A DNA stretch of 64,000 nt, from positions 37,138,001 through 37,202,000 of the forward strand of contig OX597838.1 in NCBI GenBank assembly GCA_951406725.2. The letters are read 5' to 3'. This DNA comes from Octopus vulgaris. Taxonomy: Eukaryota. The position numbers and the translations under genes were made by a program. Of the stretch, positions 1-11,843 are shown piece after piece; within the stretch, counting starts at the first letter, position 1, and each line of letters opens with the position of its first letter. A model generated the notes under the pieces. The model worked only from the letters and a program-made list of their open reading frames with translations, was not told the DNA's origin and made no database searches.

Positions 1-429
1 TAATAATAACCTTTGAATGGCAAAAGTGGCCTGGCTGTGTCTGTCCCCTGTCATTGCTTGACACACATGTTGGTCCATCTAAGCCTCCGTGGCATAGTAA
101 TTTCAGCAAAAGCAAACAGATGAAACAAAATAAACAAGTGCTGGGGTTGATTTGTTTGACTAAAACCCTTCAAGGTAGTGCCCCAGCATGGCCGCAGTCC
201 AGTGACTGAAATGAGTAAACTGGAAAAGATAAAAGATAACACAAACACAAGCTACTTTGCCAGAGATCAATGCCTTATTCATCCTTTCGTGGTGAAGTAG
301 ATTTTATCATTTATCGCTTGTTTTAACGCTAAAAAAAAATGCAAAAGATAAGTAAACAAAGAGAAGAATTATCTGTGGTTTGATCTGACGCCATCTCTCA
401 TTTTTTTTTTCTTTATGTTTTCTCTTCAG

Positions 430-492
430 GAACGAAAGTAGTTCAACAGAACGTAGAGACAGAAGAAAGAAAAACAAGAAATTCAAAGACCG
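430..492 (+). other. Candidate 63-nt internal exon
   Basis: Long pyrimidine tract ending TCTCTTCAG (AG 428-429) and donor CG|GTATGT (493). Length is a multiple of 3 and two frames are open (NESSSTERRDRRKKNKKFKD or TKVVQQNVETEERKTRNSKT). No recognisable homology. Confidence 0.4.
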
Positions 493-724
493 GTATGTCT
501 AGTTGTTTGTTTATTTGTACATAAGCATGGCTGTGTGCTTAAGAAGATTTTATACCAAACATATGGTTTTCAGTTCAGTTTTACTGCGTTGTTCCTTGGG
601 CAAGTGTTTTCTGCTACAGCCCTGGTTTGATCAAAGCCTTGCAAGAGGATTTCATAAAGAGAAACTGAAAGAAGCCCAGTTGTAAAATATATATGAGACT
701 GTGCTGAACATTTTTTGGCTTTAA

Positions 725-945
725 CCCTTTCGTTACCAACCCGGCTGAAACCGGCTCTGGCTCTAAGTACAAATGTCTAATTTTCATAAGTTTTGAATTA
801 AAATCTCCCACCAAACCTTAGTCACAATTTATGTTCCTAACACTAGCTTAATGATAACCAAGTTATTTTACTAAATACTTTGTTATATTTAAAATTAATT
901 GAAAGAAACACAGAGCATCTCAACAGAAATATGGTAACAAAAGGG
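725..945. mobile_element. piggyBac-type MITE, copy 1
   Basis: TTAA at 721-724 and 946-949; TIRs CCCTTTCGTTAC / GTAACAAAAGGG. Confidence 0.8.
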
Positions 946-976
946 TTAAAATATATAATAGAGAAACAATTCTTAA

Positions 977-1197
977 CCCTTTGAATACCAACCCGGCTGA
1001 AACCGGCTCTGGCTCGAGGTACAAATGTCTTGTTTTCATAAGTTTTGAATTAAAATCTTCCACCAAACCTCAGTCACAATTTATGTTCCAAACACTAGCT
1101 GAATGATCACTAAGTTATTTTACTAAATTCTTTGTTATATTTAAGATTAATTGAAAGAAAAATAGAGTATCTCAAAATAAATACAGTAATGAAAGGG
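977..1197. mobile_element. piggyBac-type MITE, copy 2
   Basis: TTAA at 973-976 and 1198-1201; CCCTTT...AAAGGG ends; highly similar to 725-945. Confidence 0.8.
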
Positions 1198-1592
1198 TTA
1201 AGGGTATCGTGAAAAGCCTGAGTTCTTTTCCAGGGCTTAGAAAAACTGAAGGACCTCTGCTATAGGTATGTGAATCTGAGAGGGGAATATGCTGAATAAA
1301 ATCATAATTAACTGACCATCTTGTGTTTTCTTTTACCCAAAGCCAAGCACTTGTCAGAACCTCCTCGTGTGTGTGTGTGTGTGTGTGTGTGCATGGTTTA
1401 GTGGTTAGGGTGTTACACTCATGATTAAGACATCATGGTTTCAATTTCCAGACTAGGCAGAGTATTGTATTCTTGAGTAAAGCTTTTCATTTCATAATGC
1501 TCTGCAATAATTTTGCTATTTTGCCCCCCCCCACCCCACCCCACCCCCCCAAAACCCTGATTGCTCTGCAATCATTTCTGTACATATCTTTA

Positions 1593-1992
1593 TAGGTGCA
1601 AGCATAGCTGTGTAGTTAAGGAGCTTGCTTTCTAAACACACTGGTTTTGGGTTCAGTCTCACCGTGCGGCTCTGTCGCAAATGTTTCCTTTTATAGCCCA
1701 GAGCCAATCAATGCTGTAGGAGGGAATTCGGTAGAGGAAACTATGTTGAAGCCCATGATATATATGAATTTGTGCTTGTGGTTTTCTACCATCAACCCCA
1801 TTCTGCTTGACAACCAATGTGAATTTGTTCACTTCCCTGTAATTTATCAGTGCAACAAAAAGAGAGTGATCGAGAAAGTACCTGACTTAGGAAAAATTAT
1901 GACTACTGGGCTCAAAATGTCTGACCAACACCCTTCAGGAACCTGCCCCTGTGTGGCTGCAGTCCAGTGAATGAAACGAGTGAAAGGTAAAG
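1593..1992 (+). mobile_element. Old, diverged SINE family A copy
   Basis: Collinear but degenerate match to the head, middle and tail of the copy at 2021-2445. Confidence 0.6.
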
Positions 1993-2020
1993 AGGAAAAT
2001 GAAACGATGTAATGTATATA

Positions 2021-2445
2021 GGCGCAGGAGTGGCTGTGTGGTAAGTAGCTTGCTAACCAACCACATGGTTCCGGGTTCAGTCCCACTGCATGGCATCTTG
2101 GGCAAGTGTCTTCTGCTATAGCCCCGGGCCAACCAATGCCTTGTGAGTGGATTTGGTAGATAGAAACTGAAAGAAGCCTGTCGTATATATGTATATATAT
2201 GTATGTATGTGTGTGTGTGTATATGTTTGTGTGTCTGTGTTTGTCCCCCTAGCATTGCTTGACAACCGATGCTGGTGTGTTTACGTCCCCGTCACTTAGC
2301 AGTTTGGCAAAAGAGACCGATAGAATAAGTACTGGGCTTACAAAGAATAAGTCCCGGGATCGATTTGCTCGACTGAAGGCGGTGCTCCAGCATGGCCGCA
2401 GTCAAAAGACTGAAACAAGTAAAAGAGTAAAAGAGTTAAAGAGAG
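2021..2445 (+). mobile_element. SINE family A, full length (tRNA-derived head, CORE-like segment, internal microsatellite, GTAAAAGA tail)
   Basis: A-box-like TGGCTGTGTGG, B-box-like GGTTCAGTCCC, CORE-like GGCA(T/C)CTTGGGCAAGTG, central (TA/TG)n and tail AAACAAGTAAAAGAGTAAAAGAG. More than 20 near-identical copies in the window. Confidence 0.9.
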
Positions 2446-2599
2446 TATATGCAATGTGTAAGGCAAAAACAATAACAGGTTCCAAAGTTTCCTTCATTGC
2501 TTTCCATTGGACGATAAGTGTTTCTCTTCTCAAAAGGAAAATAAATTGTTTTCCTTGATGGAGAGAAGACAAATAGCATCATGAGAATGATACAAGACT

Positions 2600-2827
2600 A
2601 ATGTGTGTGTGTGTATATGTACATATATATATGTATATATATATATATATATGTGAATGTGTGTATGTATGTAGATGTGTGTATATATATATGTGTATGT
2701 ATGTATATATATATATGTCTCTGTGTGTGTATATATATGTATGTATGTATGTATATATTTATATGTATGTATATATATATACATACATATATATATATAT
2801 AAATGTATGTATGTATATATATGTATG

Positions 2828-2876
<49 letters not shown>

Positions 2877-2906
2877 ATATATTTATGTACATACATATAT
2901 GCATGC

Positions 2907-2958
<52 letters not shown>

Positions 2959-2960
2959 TG
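2600..2960. repeat. Compound (TG)/(TA)/(TATG)/(GA) microsatellite
   Basis: Read directly from the sequence. Confidence 0.95.
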
Positions 2961-3436
2961 ACAGAGATGGTATACACATACAAGTTCAAACACACAGACA
3001 TATTCATACATATACACACACACACACACACACACACCCTGAAGCACAAGCATACACACATCTACACACACTTTCACCGCCTACCTCCCACCCCACCCCA
3101 CCGCACCCACACTCACATCACATGACTTGCATAAAAACTCATTGACTGGTTTCCTTAAAAGTAAATCCCTAATTGCTTTATCGAAGGACTCCTGAAGGTA
3201 AAGCTGAAAATAATCCACTCAGAGAGCAAATCAGTTGTTTTATACCATGTTGTTGCTGTTGTCATCAACATCATCATCATCATTATTATTATTATTATTC
3301 TTGTTGTTTATGGGTTTTTCTTCTTTCAAATTTGCTTCCATTTCTTACCGGGTGTCTTCCCGACTCCTAGGGCAAAGAAACTCATTGTATACATTGGTAG
3401 GCCATTAAACTAAACTCACTAGTTCGTTCATTTTTT

Positions 3437-3496
<60 letters not shown>

Positions 3497-3711
3497 GGTA
3501 GTGTTACTTGTATTACTTACCTTCATTGCACTGCCAAATGCAGTTCTGTAGGCCTTGGGCACATTCTCTGCATTGTTGGTTTGTTTATGTATAAGCTGCT
3601 TTTACTGTTTGGAAAATGTTCCATGTTGGTTATGTGCAGTAACTAGCAGTGCTATTTTACAGATACTTTTACATATATTTTATGCATGTATATATATATA
3701 TATATATATAT

Positions 3712-3857
3712 ATCTTTCCTTCTCCTATGTTTCCAATGAAGAGCTCTGCTCAAAACGTTAAACCCTCCTTCTTTCCTTCTTTCCTGAGCGTCCAATAATA
3801 CTATATTTGTTCCACGTCCTCGCGTTGTTGTGTTTTTTTGTGCTTTCTTGTTTGGAT

Positions 3858-3861
<4 letters not shown>
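3712..3861 (+). mobile_element. Hammerhead-bearing short element H1 (decayed core), embedded in (TA)n
   Basis: Matches 6304-6495 and 35863-36072; core mutated to CCAATGA...CAAAA. Confidence 0.75.
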
Positions 3862-3933
<72 letters not shown>

Positions 3934-3934
3934 T

Positions 3935-4099
3935 TTCCCATGCTAGTGGCATGTAAAAGCACCCACTACATTCTGGGAGTGGTTGGTGTTAGGAAGGGCA
4001 TCCAGCTGTAGAAACTCAAGATTGGAGTCTGGTGCAGCATTCTGGCTTGCCAGTCCTCAGTCAAGCCGTCCAACCCATGCTAGCATGGAAAGCAGACGT

Positions 4100-4133
<34 letters not shown>

Positions 4134-4280
4134 AACCCATTACACTCTCAGAGTTATTGGCATTAGGAAGGGCATCCAGCTGTAGAAACTCTGTCGGATC
4201 AAGATTGGAGCCTGGTGCAGCCATCTGCTTCGCCAGTCCTCAGTGAAATCATCCAACCCATGCTAGCTTGAGAAAGGACC
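3935..4280 (+). mobile_element. Two tandem 3' fragments of family C
   Basis: TTAGGAAGGGCATCCAGCTGTAGAAAC...CCAACCCATGCTAGC occurs twice, separated by (TA)n. Confidence 0.8.
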
Positions 4281-4953
4281 CTTCATCAGTTGTTGGCTGT
4301 CTATCTACCCCTCATTTCGAGTGGGACTGAACCCAGAACAATGTTGGGAAGCAAACTTTGTACCACACAGCCAAGTTCCATGGTTTTGGTTACGTATTGG
4401 TCTGTATATCTTTTGATCATACCAAGCATAGATGAGTAGTAAGAAGCTCGCTTCCCAACCACCTGACACAAAGCCACCTCTCTCATTACTAATCCCTCCA
4501 CCTCAGTTGAGGGATCTTGCCCTGCAAGGTACCCAGTGATCTCACTTGTCACAGTACCATGTCAAAAGCACCCAGTACATTCTGTAAACTGATCGATGTT
4601 TGGATGCACACAGCCGAGCCGGCTGCAATCTTCAGGCTCATCAGCTTCTTCTGTCAAGCCATCTAACCCATGCCAGCACGGAAAACAAACGTTGAATAAC
4701 AATTACGATGATGAGGATTATAGCTGGGAAGGTGCAGACTGTGCAGTTCCCATGACAACAACCTCAACCTCATATGGTACTCTGAGGATAGGGTGGGTAT
4801 TAAACCTGACTTTTTGGTCGGATTACACTCGCAGAATGAAATTACAGTCTCAAAGTGGTTGGCATTAGGAAGGCATCCAGACATAGAAACCATGCCAGCA
4901 TGGACAATGGACGTTAAATGATGATGATGATGATGATATATGTATGTATGTAA

Positions 4954-5184
4954 AGGCGGCGAGCTAGCAGAAACGTTAGCACGTCGGGCGAAATGCTTAG
5001 CAGTATTTCGTCTGCCGCTACGTTCTGAGTTCAAATTCCGCCAAGGTCAACTTTACCTTTCATCCTTTCTGGGTTGATAAATTAAGTACCAGTTACGCGC
5101 TGGGGTCGATGTAATCGACTTAATACCTATGTCTGTCCTTGTTTGTCCCCTCTATGTTTAGCCCCTTGTGGGTAATAAAGAAAT
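4954..5184 (+). mobile_element. SINE family B, full length (tail type 1)
   Basis: Head GGCGGCGAGCTAGCAGAA, B-box GAGTTCAAATTC, central CCTTTCATCCTTT..GATAAATTAAGTACC, tail CCCCTTGTGGGTAATAAAGAAATA. Confidence 0.85.
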
Positions 5185-5653
5185 AGATATATGTATGTAT
5201 GTATGTATGTATGTCTGTCTGTATGTATTTATGTGTGTGTGCGTATGTATGTATGTATATATATATATATATGAGTCTGGTGTAGCTCCTCAGTTTCCTA
5301 GCCCTGGTCAAACCGTCAAACCCATGCCATAACGGAAAACACACGTTAAATGATGATGATGATGATGATTCAAATCTACTTGATTAAATACACAACATTT
5401 CCAATAACATTGGCCATCAGCTGTTAGCAACAGTCTGCAGTTCAAATAGTTTTGGTCAGGCATCTTTGTGCTCGGGTTATTCCAATGTACAATGACGTCT
5501 GCTCAATGGCCCATTCCTAAAATATTCAAGTGTTATGCTCTGTGAAGTACAATGCTTTGTATTGAATCCCTGAATCAAATACATCTCTCAATCAATATTA
5601 TAAATGTGTTTTTGTTTGAAATATGATTGTCTCCTGGTATTGTTACAAATTGC

Positions 5654-5805
5654 GGAGATGTGTAGCTTAGTGGTTAGGGTGTTGGACTCATGATCGTAAG
5701 ATTGTGGTTTCGATTCCTGGCCTGGGTGATTTGTTGTGTTCTTGAGCAAAACACTTCATTTTCTGATTTCCTCTGCTCCGGTCCACTCAGCCGTAGAAAT
5801 GAGTT
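5654..5805 (+). mobile_element. SINE family D head (tRNA-like plus CORE-like)
   Basis: TAGCTTAGTGG A box, GTTTCGATTCC B box, GTGTTCTTGAGCAAAACACTT. Confidence 0.7.
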
Positions 5806-6059
5806 TAGACTGAAGAGAGATGGGGTCTGCCAGGCTTTCTCACCCAAGATATGCTGCATGGCTGGCTGCAGTACCCCAACGAGCCCCAACAGGTTCGGGG
5901 TCTTGTCAAATGCTACAAATATTGGTAGAATACTTTAAATATCTATGAGTATACAAATACAAAAATGTAATACCAAAAAAAAAAAAAATTATTTTGTATT
6001 TCTTTCTCGTGTTGGAAACTGCAAACTAAATTTGGAAAGATATGATTTTCAAATGAAAA

Positions 6060-6223
6060 TGGAAGCAAACATGGCTGCGTGGTAAGACGTTTGCTTCCCA
6101 ACCAAGTGGTTCTGGGTTCATTCCCATTGTGTGGTACCTTGAGCAAGTGTCTTATATTATAACCCCAAGCCAACCAAAGCCTTGTGAGTGAATTTAGTAG
6201 GAGGAAACTCAAAGAAGCCAATC
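6060..6223 (+). mobile_element. SINE family A, 5' half
   Basis: Matches the family A head up to the internal microsatellite. Confidence 0.7.
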
Positions 6224-6303
6224 GTGTGTGTGTGCGTGCATGTATATATATATTTATATATGTGTGTGTGCATCTATGTGTGTGTGTATATAAATATATA
6301 TAT

Positions 6304-6495
6304 CTCGTGTGTACCGTTGGCGATTTTTTTCCTCTGTCTTCCCTTCTCTGGATCTTTCCTTCTCCTATGTTTCCGACGAAGAGATCCGCTCGAAACGTTA
6401 AACCCTCCTTCTTTCCTGAGCATCCAATAATACTATATTTGTTCCACGTCCTCGCGTTGTTGTGTTTTTTTGTGCTTTCTTGTTTGGATTAACTT
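6304..6495 (+). mobile_element. Hammerhead-bearing short element H1 in (TA)n
   Basis: Near-identical to 35876-36072; flanked on both sides by (TA)n. Confidence 0.8.
6369..6403 (+). ncRNA. Minimal type I hammerhead ribozyme-like motif (U4C variant)
   Basis: GTTT-CCGACGA-A-GAGATCCGCTC-GAAA-CGTT-AAAC: stem I GTTT/AAAC, short stem II, palindromic AACGTT in place of stem III. Confidence 0.6.
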
Positions 6496-7101
6496 TATAT
6501 ATATATATATATACGCCAGCTAAGTTGAACTGTCTAAAGTCGAAAGACGACTGTTGTTTTTGTCCTGTTATTATTATTATTGTTGTTGCTGTTATTATTA
6601 TTATTATTATTATTGTTTTTTGTATTTATATTCGTATTACTTTTTGTTTTTTGTATTTATATTCATGTGGCATCGTCCGTTTTTCTGTCCCTATTTCGTA
6701 TACATTCGATCCTTTTTCCAAGAAATCTAATGCTCGTAGCTTAGTTTTTCCTTGGGGCTGGCCAGACTGGAGCAATCTCAAGATTAATCAGCCGAAATTG
6801 TGAGGATGATCCGGTTCTTGACTGAAGATTAGAGGCTTCGAATGACCCGTCCGTGTTTTTGTATCGTCTATTTGTATGTTTTGCGTTCTTGTCCCATTTT
6901 GTATTTTTATATATATTTTTATACATATGTATATGTCTGCATATCATTTAATGTACACAGATAAGGGCTAGTAATAATTTCTTGCTGTGAAGACACATGT
7001 CTTGGCAGGTTTTAATAACACACCTTGTGTATCCAAGCAATCATCAGGTTCTGAGTACATAGTCTGTTCTATTTGAAAATTATTACACTGGTATATGAGA
7101 A

Positions 7102-7477
7102 ATCATGACTCAAAATGAGAAGTTTGAGGCAGAAGTCACAGCAGTGTTTCAAGATAATGTAACTGAAAAAAAAAATTACATTGGTTTCTGTGCAGGCAAT
7201 TTCGAAAGACATTATGCAAACCACCATTCTTCTTTCCAGTACATCAACAAAAGCCACATATGAGCTTTGAAGACGAATGGCACACCACATACAATCAAGT
7301 GAAGAATTGTAGAGAAACCCATGCCATATGTAAATGGATCTAAGGAATGCTACTTATGCATAACTGAAAGACTGCACATTGTTTTTAGATCTAAGGATTG
7401 TTTCTACACTGCTTAGTTCCAGATTTGAAAATTTCAGCAAATGCAAGTATATGGACAAATTCCTTTTGGCAAACTAA
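7102..7477 (+). pseudogene. Decayed Penelope-like GIY-YIG endonuclease C-terminus
   Basis: Manual translation: KFEAEVT...KKNYIGFCAGNFERHYANHHSSFQYINKSHI*ALK...HTIK*RIVEKPMPYVNGSKECYLCITERLHI, then after a frameshift TLLSSRFENFSKCKYMDKFLLAN*. This fits the YIG..F..RY.NH..SF / CxLC..EK / LN.RSE..SKC pattern. Confidence 0.8.
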
Positions 7478-7544
7478 GTGACATCATCCTCTCTCAATTG
7501 AGCAGCAATCTTACATACTTTGGACCTCTCTCTATTGAAATATT

Positions 7545-7764
7545 CTATTCTACTTTAGGCACAAAGCCCGAAAGTTTTGGGGAGTGGGGGGGGGGCAGTC
7601 AATTAGATCGATCCCAGTATGCAACTGGTACCTAATTTATGAACTCTGAAAGGATGAAAGGCAAAGTTGACCTTGGCAGAATTTGAACTCAGAACATAAA
7701 GACAGACAAAATACCGTTAAGCATTTTACTCCGTGTGCTAACGTTTCTGCCAGCTCGCCTCCTT
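7545..7764 (-). mobile_element. SINE family B (tail type 2) inserted in the Penelope-like relic
   Basis: Reverse complement of family B; TSD ATTGAAATATT at 7534-7544 and 7768-7778. Confidence 0.85.
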
Positions 7765-8112
7765 CCCATTGAAATATTAATTACAGGATAAATGGACATT
7801 ACTCTAATTTTCTTTCTTATCTTTTTCTGCTTTTAGTCACTCATCCTGTTTTGCATCAACTGTCTTCTCGTATTTCCTTATAATCTCTCATGTAGCAGCA
7901 TCCTGATTTTCCAAAAGAACACACCATGTGCTCAGAGCCCAAGGATTGCTTGGAGACACAAAGCATGTTATAAAAACCTGCCAAGACACGTGTCTTCACA
8001 GCAAGAAACTGTTAGTAGCTCTTATCTTCATCCTGTGTTCAATAAATGATATTTATCTCTCTCACTGGTTGGATTACTTTTTTGCTGATCTTACCTTAAT
8101 GGAGCAGTAGAC

Positions 8113-8118
8113 TATATA

Positions 8119-8154
<36 letters not shown>

Positions 8155-8435
8155 TGTATGTATGTATGTATATAATATATACAGACACACCACACACAAA
8201 TGCCACACACACACACACATATATATATATATACATGTGTGTATCTATGTATGTATGTATGTGTGTATATATATACACACACATACACACACACATACAT
8301 ACACACACACATACGCACACACATGCGTGCACACACACATACACACACACATACGCACACACACACACACATACGCATGCACACACACACACGCATGCAC
8401 ACACACACACACACAAACACACACACGTGCACACA
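8113..8435. repeat. (TA)/(TATG)/(CA) microsatellite
   Basis: Read directly from the sequence. Confidence 0.95.
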
Positions 8436-8817
8436 TGTTGAATGTTAAAGATTGTGTGGTTAGAAAAAGAAATGGGAAGAATAATAAGTCTTGGTGAGCT
8501 TAAATGTCAGGATATTTTTGATCTTCTAGATTAGTCTATATATGTATTGTGAGTGGGGAGCGGTATTAAGCTTCCACACCAGATCACTCCAAAATATTGC
8601 TAGCTACAGCATAATTGATATCAAGATAATACAAGTGGAGCCAAAGTCTCTCTCTCTCTCTGCTTCTTTTCTATCCGGTGCTGAAACCTTTAAGACAGCC
8701 AACTGAGTCATCAAGAGTGCCTCTATTCCACATGCTAGAAATACCAGTCAATTCTGTCATTATAATGAAGAGCATATGAAGCCAAGTTATTTCCTGCTAT
8801 ATGGAGGGACATGATAA

Positions 8818-9215
8818 TCATCATCATCATCGTTTAACGTCCGTTTTCCGCGCTAGCATGGGTTGGATGGTTCGACCGGGGTCTGGGAAGCCAGGGGCTG
8901 CACCAGGCTCCAGTCTGATCTGGCAGAGTTTCTACAGCTGGATGCCCTTCCTAACACTAACCACTCCGTGAGTGTAGTGGGTGCTTTTTACGTGCCACCT
9001 GCACAGGTGCCAGGGGGGTCCAGCATTGGCCGCGATCGGTTGGAGCTTTTAACATGCCACCGACACGGAAGCCAGCCAAGGCGGCGCTGGCAATGGCCAC
9101 ATTCGGATGGTGCTATTTATGTGCCACCGGCACAGAAGCCAGTTGGGGCGGCGCTGGCACCAGCCGAACTATATATAAAATGTTCAGTTGGAATTATGGT
9201 TGAAATTCTTTGTTT

Positions 9216-9259
<44 letters not shown>

Positions 9260-9900
9260 CATTATTATTATTATTAATATTATTATTATTGAGTGAGAGA
9301 GCAGTGCATGCCATCAAAGTGACACTGGGGTAAAATATACGAAGCCCAGTATACTCATCATGACTACCCGTCTGATAAGGGTACACTAGGCTCATGCATC
9401 ACAACCATATGTGCGCGACATGGTGATCTCACATGAAAAATAAACAGCACATGACCTTGCAGGTGGGGCCCAGTTAGAATTTTCTTCTGGTCGAGTAGCC
9501 CATCCCACTCAAAAGGTCCCTGAATAAAGATTGTTTAAGGATGTTGAATGAACCACCCATGTTTCCAAAGATGAATTATCCAAACCTCTAAGAATTCCTT
9601 TCAACACATGGCTATGATGCTCCCCCTCTACTTCCCGCAACGGCCCCACTCAAATGGTGTTTTTGATGTGCCACCTGCATGCACAGGAACCAGTCCAGCA
9701 ACACTGGCAACGACCTCACTCGAATGTTTTTTCACGTAGCACAAGCACCAGTAAGGCGACACTGGTAACAATTACACTCAAATAGTGCTCTTAATGTGCC
9801 ACTGGCACGGAAGCCTGTCAGCTGCTCTGGCAATGATCATGCTCAGATGGTGCTCTCAGCGCTCCACTTGCATGGATGCCAGTCATCGAATTTGATTTCA

Positions 9901-9905
<5 letters not shown>
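8818..9905 (-). mobile_element. Family C element interrupted by an insertion at ~9166-9640
   Basis: (ATC)n tail at 8818. Monomers GTGCCACC at ~8991, 9053 and 9120 resume at ~9667-9870 and end in the family 5' motif ...TTTGATTTCAATTT. Confidence 0.7.
9218..9640. repeat. Unclassified insertion with a (TTA)n end, inside family C
   Basis: Interrupts the family C monomer array and is bounded by (TTA)n. Confidence 0.4.
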
Positions 9906-9943
<38 letters not shown>

Positions 9944-9950
9944 TTATATA

Positions 9951-10278
9951 TTGTTATATTTCGGAATGGTCATTTTGCCAGTTTAGCCAATAAAAACACA
10001 CGCATTATATATTTGGTGTTACTATGCTTCAGTGTTATTTATTTTTTACATTAATCTTGATCTTATTTCGGCTGATGGTAAGGAGACACACAAATAAGAA
10101 AGAAGAAAAAAAAAGGACCACTGATGTGATCACAGGAGTGTGACGAAAGAACTCTGGCCGAAATAAGATTAAGATTAATGTAAAAAATAAATAACACTGA
10201 AGCAAAATAACACCAAATATATAGTGCGTGTGTTTTTATTGGCTAAACTGGCGAAATGACCATTCCGAAATACAACAA
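9951..10278. mobile_element. Fold-back element H2 (~120-bp inverted arms, hammerhead motif in the spacer)
   Basis: 9951-10072 is the reverse complement of 10157-10278 with few mismatches. Confidence 0.85.
10115..10159 (+). ncRNA. Minimal type I hammerhead ribozyme-like motif (A9 mutated)
   Basis: GGACCA-CTGATGT-GATCAC-AGGAGT-GTGAC-GAAA-GAACTC-TGGCC: stem I CCA/TGG, stem II TCAC/GTGA, CUC cleavage triplet. Confidence 0.6.
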
Positions 10279-10372
10279 TGTCTGTTTCAACACACGACTT
10301 CACATAAAAATTCTTGCACAACAAATATATAAATGTACTATATATATACCACATACATATACACATGTGTGG

Positions 10373-10662
10373 GAAGGCATGTGACATAGTGGTAGGAGTA
10401 TTGCACACATGATCACTAGATTAAGGGTTTATTCCTCATACCAAGCGGTGCACTGTATTCTTGAGCAAAATCCTTAATTTCACAGTGCTTTAGTCCTCAC
10501 AGCTGTAAATGGGTGACCCCGTGATAAACAAGCCTTCTGATCAAAGGGATTATTGGCCTCCTTACCAAGCCAGCGGGGTGACATCGTTTGAAAGTTAAAA
10601 ACGATGTAAAAGTGCTTTGTGACCAAAGATGAGTAACTATATCTGATAATTTGGTCAATCAT
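10373..10662 (+). mobile_element. Old SINE family D copy
   Basis: Degenerate tRNA head, TTCTTGAGCAAAA, and a tail matching 30440-30530. Confidence 0.6.
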
Positions 10663-10839
10663 GTTTGTATATTATTGATGTCATTAGAATTTATAAACTT
10701 CAAAAGAATGTGAAATAATAATAATTCTTCTTTAGAATTGTAGATCTCAAAGCAGATATAACTATTGTTCATAGGATTATCTATGCTTTGACCATCCCAA
10801 GAAAGAATGTATCTATGTGTATATATATATATATATATA

Positions 10840-11254
10840 GGCGTAGGAGTGGCTGTGTGGTAAGTAGCTTGCTGACGAACCATATGGATTCCGGGTTCAG
10901 TCTCACTGCGTGGCATCTTGGAAAAATGTCTTCAACTATAGCCTCGGGCCGACCAAATCCTTGTCAATGGATTTCATAGATGGAAATTGAAAGAAGCCCG
11001 TTGTATGTATGTATATATGTATGTGTGTGTATATGTTTGTGTGTCTGTATTTGTCCCCCCCCCCCCCACAACATTGCTTGACAATCGATGCTGGTGTGTT
11101 TACGTCCCCATAACTTAGCAGTCCGGCAAAAGAGACCAATAGAATAAGTACTAGGCTTACAAAGAATAAGTCCTGGGGTCTTATTTGCTCGACTAAAAGG
11201 CGGTGCTCCAGGATGGCCACAGTCAAATGACTGAAACAAAAGATAAGATAAGAG
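10840..11254 (+). mobile_element. SINE family A, full length
   Basis: Collinear with 2021-2445. Confidence 0.9.
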
Positions 11255-11843
11255 ATATATCTGCGTGTGTGTGTGTGTGTGTGCATGTGTCTCTGTGTCT
11301 GCCCTTGCCACAACTTTGCAACCAGTTTTTGTTTGTTTACATCCCAATAGGTTAGCTGTTTTGCAAAAGCAGCTGATAGAATAAGTAGCAGATATCTAAA
11401 AAAAAAAAAGGACGTAAGGAATGAGGTTGATTTGTTTGACTAAAACCCTTGGCTGTGTGGTAAGAAGCCTGCTTCCCAATCTCATGGTCCCGGGTTCAGT
11501 CCCACTGCATGCCATCTTGTGCAGGGGGTCTTCTTCAAAGCTTTGTGAGTGGATTTGGTTGATGGAAACTGAAAGATTGTGTCCCAGCATGGTCGCAGTC
11601 CAATGGTAGAAACGAAGGAATGATGAAAGCAAAGTGTGCGCTCATTCAAGGCTGACCTAGGGTTAAAATACCAACCACCCAATATGAACAGCTTTGAACT
11701 TGTGTATATGAAAATGCTATGAAGTAGAGAGAGAGAGAGAGAGCAAGGCAATCAATGATATTTTGTATATGATTGTCTCCGGGTCATATGGTTTAGATGA
11801 TAAAAATAAATTACAAACACAATTATTTATGTCTTTTCTGCAG

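Larger units (their letters stand above)
6941..8052 (+). mobile_element. Penelope-like retroelement relic with inverted terminal repeats (pLTR-like)
   Basis: Imperfect inverted arms of ~160 bp (6941-7100 and 7884-8052) flank a decayed GIY-YIG-type C-terminus. Confidence 0.75.

Noticed and set aside
6740-6855. CTGAAGA...GAA and CAGCC-GAAA hammerhead-like words in the 6515-6945 segment
   Set aside because: I could not build consistent stems I-III around a single core.
7261-7302. Two in-frame TGA codons in the GIY-YIG relic (possible selenocysteine or alternative genetic code)
   Set aside because: Both fall at expected Trp, not Cys, positions, and the relic also has a deletion and a frameshift; TGG->TGA decay is the simpler explanation.
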